This document shows positions 21,701 to 30,700 of a stretch of DNA of 64,000 nucleotides, in pieces; the stretch's first letter is position 1, and the number at the start of each line of letters is the position of its first letter. The stretch lies in the IMG/VR virus record IMGVR_UViG_3300008110_000023, positions 1-64,000 of that record; one strand, written 5' to 3'. A program made the position numbers and the translations under genes. The DNA comes from a virus. A model generated the notes under the pieces. It was not told the DNA's origin. It saw nothing but the letters and a program-made list of their open reading frames with translations, and made no database searches.

Positions 21701-24700
21701 AGGAGTTTTTAGAACTATTTATAATGAAGCTGGTGAATTAATATTTAATCCAAACCAGGACGCTATAGTAGATTCTAATTTTATTACTGAAGGAACTGTT
21801 ATTACTATTAAAGTAGAAAAAGCTACAGGTAATATAGAAGAAGATGTTGATACTGCTGAAATAGCAATGTATGTTACTACTCCAGAAGGAGAAAGAAAAA
21901 TAGGATATATACATTTACCTAGTTATGCAGGTGTACAAACATTAGCACAAGGAGAGTTATTACCATCTATACAAGAACAACTTACACTTATACAACAACT
22001 TAGAAGACAAGTATTAGAAAACCAAGATTCTATTCTTACAACTACTGTAACTAAAAGAGGTTTTGGTAATGTAAATAAAAAAGGAAAAGATGCTAATGGT
22101 AATATACCAACATCTATCTTAAGTAATGCTTTTGCTGGTGACACAAGAGTACATTTAGGTGTAGTAGGGCTTGTTGGTGAAAACAAGAAGATAAATAGAA
22201 ATGATGAAAGTATTCCTTTATATCAAGCAACTGATTTAAAAGCAGGGGCATTAGTTATACTTTTACCACATCCAAGTGGAACTGTAGTACCTTACTATGC
22301 AATAAGCAATCCAATAGGAGCAGATACTGGAGTTACTACTAAAGTAGTAAATACTTTAAAAGACTTCTTAGCACGTAAAATAGATAGAAAACAAACTACT
22401 ATGGCTATTGAAAGATATGTCTATACAGTTCCTGAAGGTAACATAGGCCGTAAAGGTATTGTTATAAAAGAACAAGATGGACAAAGATCTATTATAGTAG
22501 ATGGTAAAGAAGTTAAAAATGATAAGAACTTTGCAGAGGTTATAGGTAGTGTATACTTTAACATGAATAAAAGTATCTTAAACTCTAAAGATGGACCTGC
22601 TTATGAGAAAGAGATAATGAATTCTAACTTAGTGCGTACAGATGTACAAGCTAATCCTGTAACTTATACTAATGAAAGTGGTGAACAAGTAACTGAGAAC
22701 TCTTATTTCCATCAAGTAACTACAGAGTTTAGTACTAACTTAAATAAAAGTGCTAAACCAAAAGTACAAACAGAAAGTACTGTATCTGATATAGAAAGAA
22801 GAAGACAAGGATTAAAAACTATAAACGGCACTTTAAGAGTTGATTTAGGTGGATTTAGTATAGATAATGTATCTAAAGAATTTTATGACAATATACTTCA
22901 TGCCACAGCAGATCCTTTTTATATAAATTTAAAAAAATGGATTAATGAATTTAGAAAAACACAAAAACCATTTGCTGTTATAGATAGTTCTGAAATTATT
23001 AATAAATATAATGCAGAATTAGTTGCATTAGAAGGTAAACCAGAAGAAACTGGTACTACTACTAAAGAAGAAGCAGAAAGACTTAAAGCTATAGAAGATG
23101 CTAAAGCATTTGGTTTTGAAGTAGATGATGAATTAGAAGCAGATATTCCTACTATATTTGATACTCAGAATGATTTATCTGCAGAGCAAATAAGTATGAT
23201 GAAGAATAATCCTACTACTCTATTAGTACATCCTGAGTTAAATGCAAGTACACAAAATGAAGCTGTATTAAGTATAGCTTATAAAGCATTAACTATAGAA
23301 CCAGAGACTGAAGAAGTAGAAGGAAAAGAAGTATTAAAATCTACTAATAAAGAACTAGTTAAAGCTAACTTTATAGAAGGAGCAAGAGTACTTAACAACC
23401 TAGCAAAAACTAATCCTACTAATGCTACTTATGCTAAAGCAGCTAAGACTATGTCTATAGTAGCAGGAGATGAAGTATTTGAAAAACTCTATGCAAAAGC
23501 AACTGAATTTATTAAAGAGATAGGATTCTCTACTGAAGAAAGTGGTTTCTATAACCAAATGGAAGCTTTAGATGAAGTAGATGGAGAAGAAGAAAAGATA
23601 AATCAATTTATAGATGAAGCAGCTTCCTATGAAGATAGAAAGACTGGTGCATCTAAAAGATTTAAAAAATTCTTAGCTTTTATTCCAGCAATGGAACTAA
23701 TAAAAGGAAAAGCAAAGGTATCTAGAAACTCTTTATTAATGCCTACTTTTAATAACTATGATAGTACTTTTACTATGATAGCTAATATACTTAGTGAGTA
23801 TAACTACCCTAGTACTGCAGATGGTTTACAAATGATGATAAACAGACTGACTGCTACAGATATAAAGAATCCAGTTATAAAAGAAGTTGCTGCTAAGTTA
23901 GAAAAAGCCCCTCAAAAGATTAAAGTAGAGTTCTTTAACATCTTTAATCAACAACATGCTAAGTTTAAAACATTAAGACTATACTGGCAAAAAGCTAGAA
24001 CTTTTAAATATTTCCACCAAGGAATAGGAGGAGAAGTAAAAACTAAATACGCTGAAAGATTAAAACCTACTTTAATTAACTCTGATAGAAATAAAGCACA
24101 AGAATTAGTAAGAGAAGAAATGCTTACTAATTTTAAACAAAAAGGAGTTATTTTAAAAGCTGTTACTAATAAACTAGATAGAAAAACTAATAATACTACT
24201 TTAGAAGTTAACACTGAACACAATAAAGCTATTTATGATGCATTTGTTACTGCACTAAAAGATGATAGTAACTACCAAGTAGATAGTAGAGGTAAAGTAA
24301 ATACATTATTTTTTACTGAGACTGGTTTTAAAACTATGTATGACTTACTTAGTAATACAGGTATTAGTATTTCAGAAAATGCATTTGAAGACTTTTTAAA
24401 TAATCATATAACACAAGATGGTACAAGAGGTCATAAAGCTATTGCAGGTGAAGTTTTAGGAGTTATCCTAAAAAGTCTTGCTGGAGAAGGTACAGTTATT
24501 GATAGTGAAACTGTAGAAAATCCTTTTGAACTTAATAATCCTTTTTATACAGAAGGAAGTAGTATTAATATCTTAGCTAAGTATGAATACAATACAAGAA
24601 CAGATGTATTTAGTTCTTCATTTAGACATGCTGGTAAAAGTTTCTATACTTTTGTAAGACATACTCCTTTATCTGAATTAGTACTAAAGCTTAAAAATCC

Positions 24701-27700
24701 TTGGAGAGCTAATAAAAAAGAAAACAGTTTTATTAGAGGACTTATAACTAGAGATCCATTGTCTAAACATAGTCTGTGGTTAAACAAAATGGTTAATCCT
24801 ACTAAAAAAGGAGATTCTGTTTTTGCAGATACATTTAATTTGTTCTATGAAAAAGGATATAGAGATAGTTCTGAAAAAGGATCTACTCCAAAAGACCTTA
24901 AGGATTCTATTGAAAAAGAACATGAATTAAACAAAATAATTTCTTTCCAAGCACAAGGAAAAGACACTGTTGTATTCCATGCAGATACCCACTCAGATAA
25001 AACTACTAAAGCTTTTATACAAGCTATTAAACAATCTGTTGATGGTTATACAGGAAATATAGAAGAAGGTATTCAATTATCTGATGATAGTTTAACTGAT
25101 TTATATAGTTATTTCTTAGCAGAATATGATAGGATATTACAAGTAAATGAACAAAATGAAGATCCTAATTTTCCTGCACATAAGAAATTAAAAGGATATC
25201 ACGGTACTAAAGCAAAACCAGGTTTAGGAAGTGTATTTAATATGTACCATTTCTTAAACTATGCTGTATTAAAAGACACTAATGCAGATTTAGCAACAAT
25301 GTTATTTGACTCTGAAGGTAATTTAAGAAATATACCTAAAGAAGATATGGCAGTAGTCTCTGGAATGGTTAAAGAAGAAATTAACAATAACTTTAATAGA
25401 CTATTTAAAAAAGTAAAAGAAGACTGGAGTACTTTAGGTATATTCTTTACAGAAACTAACAAATTAGGGTATACTAGATTGAATATTAACTCCTACATGG
25501 ATGCTAAATATTATGATAAAGTAGTAAACACACTTGGTATAGAAAATAAAGCTGTTAAGAAAGTAACAGAGAATTTTAATCAACCAGCAATAGATGCAGA
25601 AGTAGCAAAAATACTTGACTATGCTATAGTTGATTATGTAGTTAACTACGCTATAGCTACTAATGAAATGCTTATTATAACAGGAGACCCTGCATTACAT
25701 GGTAAACCTTCTAAAGATAAAGGTAGTATTAGTAGTAAAAATTGGGTATTAAAGTCTATTGCAGATACATTTATTAACGTAGGTAAACGTAATGCAAGAT
25801 TACTGGCTTCTGGTAACAAAGGTATGTTTAGTAAACAAAAGTATAATGTTGCTTTTGTAAATGACATTGAAGAAGTTTCTGAACATGTAAGTGATTATGT
25901 ATCATGGTTAAAAGAATTTGAACCTGATTATATTAAAAAGAAATTTACTTCTAATATGACAGATGCCCAAGAGTTAACTACTGTTGAAGAGCATTTAGAA
26001 GTTATGCGTGCTTTTGGTAAAATAACTGATAATCAATTTAAAACATTACTAGGTTTATATGATCCAGCTGCTTACAGAGATTTATACAAAGAAGAAGCTC
26101 CTGCATATACACAAAAGGAAGTATTAGAGAATTTAAAAACTGTAATGCAACCTATGAAACCTGTACAAGTACAAAGTGTATTGGACACTGATATTAAAGC
26201 TAATGTACAGTATTATATTAAAACATCTTCATTCCCTATTATTCCTGCTTTAGTAAAAGGAAAACCTATGGAGTCTGTATTAAAACAAATGAAAGAAGCT
26301 AAAGTAGATAGACTTTCATTTGTATCTGCAGTTAAATTAGGAGAACATGGAGCTAAAAACTTATTTATAGAAGATAAACTTAATACAGAGTTATTTAAAG
26401 ACAATGTAATTGAATTAGATAGAGATGGTTTTAGTATACAGTTAGAAGTACCTTACAAAGAAAACAAAAAAGAAGTAAGAGAAGGTACCCAAAATATGAA
26501 ACTATTGTTTATGGATTTACCTGATTCTTTAGAATTAGAATTATCTGAAGGAAACAAAACAGTAGAAGAAGCTAAAAGAGAATATAATAGAATTCATAAA
26601 GAAATCATAGATAGCGCTTTAACTAAGTTATTAGGAGACATAGGAGCAACTGTTACTGAAGATGAAGCAGGATTTAAATCTTATAAAATAAATGATTTTA
26701 CTAATTTAAGTAAGATACTTAAAGAAGAAGGAGAATCTAGAGGATATTCAATTAACTCATTACTTGGTCTTGATTTAAATAAAGATGGTCAGTTTAAAAT
26801 ACCATTGACTTTTAACCCAAACTCTGCACAAATAGAACCTGTTATTACTGCATTATTAAGTAATAGATTAGTTAAACTTAAAATGCCAGGTAAATCCTAT
26901 GTATTAGGATCTGAAGTTTTAACCTTAGAACCTTCAATAAATAAAGAAGGAAAACAGACTCAAGCAGATATTAATGTTATTAAAGATATTATATGGGTAT
27001 CTGATAAATATAAAACACAAGGTAAACTTAAATACTACAGAGAAGAAAACGGTAAACCAGCAATGGCACAAATTATCATGCCTGCTTATTTCTTAGATAA
27101 AGAAGGAAAGCAAATAGACATGACTAAGTTTGTAAAAAATGGTTTTTTAGATACTAGTAAAATAGATAAAGAACTATTACAAATAATGGGCTTTAGGATT
27201 CCTACACAAGGACATAACTCCATGATGATGTTTGAAGTAGTAGGATTCTTACCTAAAACTAGTGGTGATTTAGTTATAGTTCCTGCAGAAATTGCTGCTC
27301 AAATGGGATCTGACTATGACGTAGATAAATTATATACTTATCATTATAACTATTATGTAGGTTCAAAATCTGGTAAACTAAAAAAATACAGTAAACCAGG
27401 AAATATTAAAACAAAACAAAATAGATTGCTTGAAATTCAATCAGCTATTATAATGAATAAAGAAGTAGCGCCTTATATTATGAATCCATTATCTATGGAT
27501 GATTTAGCAGACGCTATTGTAGAATTAAATAAAGATAAAAAAGAAGAATGGATAGGTAACTATTCTACTTTATACCAAAGAAATACTTACTTTGATAATG
27601 CTGCTGGTAAAATTGGTGTAGGTATATCTGCAAATGCTAATACTAATCACGCTGCTTTTCAACAGGCAGGTGTTTATGTTAAAGGAGGAGGCGTTGTATT

Positions 27701-30700
27701 CTTAAAACCTGACGGTACTCCATATAGTGATATTGAAAATAATGCTTATGAAAGTAATAGTGTTAGTAAATATAAAGAAGATAAATATACTTATCCTGAT
27801 CCTTTTAGTGATGATATAATAGACAATAAAAAAGATAACAATACTGCTTGGAGATTAGATAAAATATTTACTTTTGATGGTAAACGTATTTCTGATATTA
27901 TATCTCAATGGCTAGGAGCTTCTGTGGATAATGCCAAAGAAAAACTACTAGGAGAAGGAGGTATTAATAAGTATAACTTTAATGTGTCTTTGTTAATAGC
28001 TAGAACTGGATTTGGTAATAATTGGATTATACCTTTTATCAACCAACCTATCTTAAAAGAATATTATGCTATACTACAAAAACTAGAGGATAGTACTGAA
28101 AAGTCTTTTGAGGCAGGTAAAAAAGAAAAAGCAATAGAACAATTATTTAAAAAGTATACAGATTTATATAAAGTTGCAAATCCTAATGAAACTCCTGGAA
28201 TACAAGGAGTAACATTACTTGAATTAAAAAGTTCTCTGAATAAGGAAATAAATGCAGATAATGCAGCAGCACAGTTAAATATATTAAAAGCTTTCTTACA
28301 TTATGAAACTATTAGCTTAGAAGTAGGTACTGTACAAAAAGCATTAAATACTGATGTTAAGGGATTACCTAAAAATATAGCAGAAACTGCAGAAAAAAGA
28401 GATTTTATTAGTGAGCATGGGTATAACTCTTCTGTATTAGGAAATGTAGGTAAAATAAGAGAAAAAGTAATATCAGGTGCTTTTATGGAAATACCTAGAA
28501 TTGCTAGTCAATTATTTAATAGAAAAACAGACGGTTCTTATGTATATGCTTATGATAGTTCTGCCTACAAATGGGTTAAAACAGGATTAGCACAAATAGC
28601 TAATAAAGAATTTAATACTGAACAAATTAATTTAATACATAATAGTTTACAACAGTTTATTTATACTCACCCAGAATTAGGTTTATATGGGGATAATTAT
28701 GAGGCAGAAAAACAAAGGTTATTATACAATGAAAACCTAGCTGATAGATTATTGCAATTACAAGAGAAATACCCAAAAAACTATTTCTTAAGTAAAATAA
28801 GTGCTGTAATTGATACTAATGTTAATAATCCTAAAAAGATTAAGATAATAAATACTACTGCAGAACAAAAGATCTTTATAGAGAGAATGCAACAAGAATG
28901 GGAATCTGCTTTTTATGCAGAACCAGAACTTGCCAGATTTGCAGAAGATATGGCTAAGTACACAATGATGTTTAATGCTAATCAATTTGGAGCTTCTAAC
29001 TTAATAAAATACTTACCTTTTAACTATCTTAACATTATAGGTGCAGGTAAAGTATTAAATGGTTTAGAATTAGAAGATTCTTTAAGTCTTATAAACTTTA
29101 TACCACAATTCTTACAGCACAATCCAGAGTTTGCTCCTTTTGCTAAAGAAAGTAATTTCCTTGAAAATAGCGCAGTTTATAAAAAAGATGCTGATGGTAA
29201 AGATACTGATATTATAGAAGGATTTAAATTACCTAGTTTAGCTTTAGAATTTGATAAAAATGATGCACGTAATTTAATACAAATTATTAAAGTAGAAGGA
29301 GAAGAAATACCTGTATATCCAAGTTTCTTATCTGTATATGGAGGAGCTGAATTAGGAAGATTACTTTTTATAAAAGTAAATGAAGATTTTTATAGAAGAG
29401 TAGACACATTAGGAAATACTGATTTTACTGAATATAACTTTAGTAAAAATGGTTTAGCTTCTACAATACTAGAAGAGCAAAAAGGTGTTGTAGATATTAA
29501 CAAAAAAACAAATACTATAGAATCTACTACAACTGATTTAGATCAACTTTATTTTACAACTTCAAGTGTTCATTCTTTACTAGAAAATATTGTTATTAGA
29601 AATACTTTTGCTACAGATCCTTTAGCAGAAGCTTATGGTGCCTTAGCAGAAAAACTACTAGAACAACCAGAAAATGGATATAGAGTAGTAGTTGATAATA
29701 GTATACCAGCAGTAGGAGCTCATAATAGAGTAGAAAAATTAATTAAACTAAATAAAGAAGCTTTATTAAAAAATAATGAATTAGAAATACAACGTGTTAT
29801 ATTACATGAACTTATACACAAAGAAACTGTAGCTAAATTAGTAGATAATAAATTCTTAGAAACAAAAGAAGGTCAAGCTATTACTAAAGTATTTAATAGT
29901 TTTAAAGAACAACTACAAAATAAAGCATTATCTGATACTGAAAAAACTAGGGGTATTCCAAATGAATTCCTAGAAGCAGAAGTATTTAAGTTATTAACTG
30001 AGGCTAGTTTTGGAGAAAATAAAAAAGATTTAAATATACTATCTTTAAATAGAATTACTAATAGTGATATAAATAGTCCTGCTTTTAAAGAACTTATGAA
30101 GTCTTTATCTACTAATCTTGCTAAAGTAGATAAATTTAAAGCTAGTAGTAAATTAGAACCAGGTACTGAAAGATATGAAGCAGTTGCTAATTATATTAAA
30201 GATACTTTTACAGCAAATAATATTAAGGAATTAAAACCTAAATATTACATGTACACTAGTATTTTAGAGTTTGCTACTGAAGCTTTAACTAATACAAAGA
30301 CTCAAGAGTATTTAAAAACATTTACTACTATTAATCAAAAAGGAGAAAAAGTAAGTTTATGGAAACAGTTTATAGATGCTTTAACTACTTTACTTAAGTT
30401 TAATAATGTAAATAGAACATTAGCAGAAGATGCTATTGAAAGTATTATAGATGTAATTGATTATGGTAAACCAGCTGAGATAATTACTCCACCATCTATT
30501 AGTGTTAAAACTTTTGATAAAAAAAATCTATTTAAAGTAACACCTATACAAACTGCTGACAAAAAAGCAACTATCAAAGCCAGTATAGCTACTCAATATA
30601 TTGGTTTTGGTGAAGGCATTGCAGGAAGTTCTACAGAACTATATAGACAACAAGCTGGAGCTTTAGCTAATACAGGTAACTATTCTGTTAATGATGTAAT

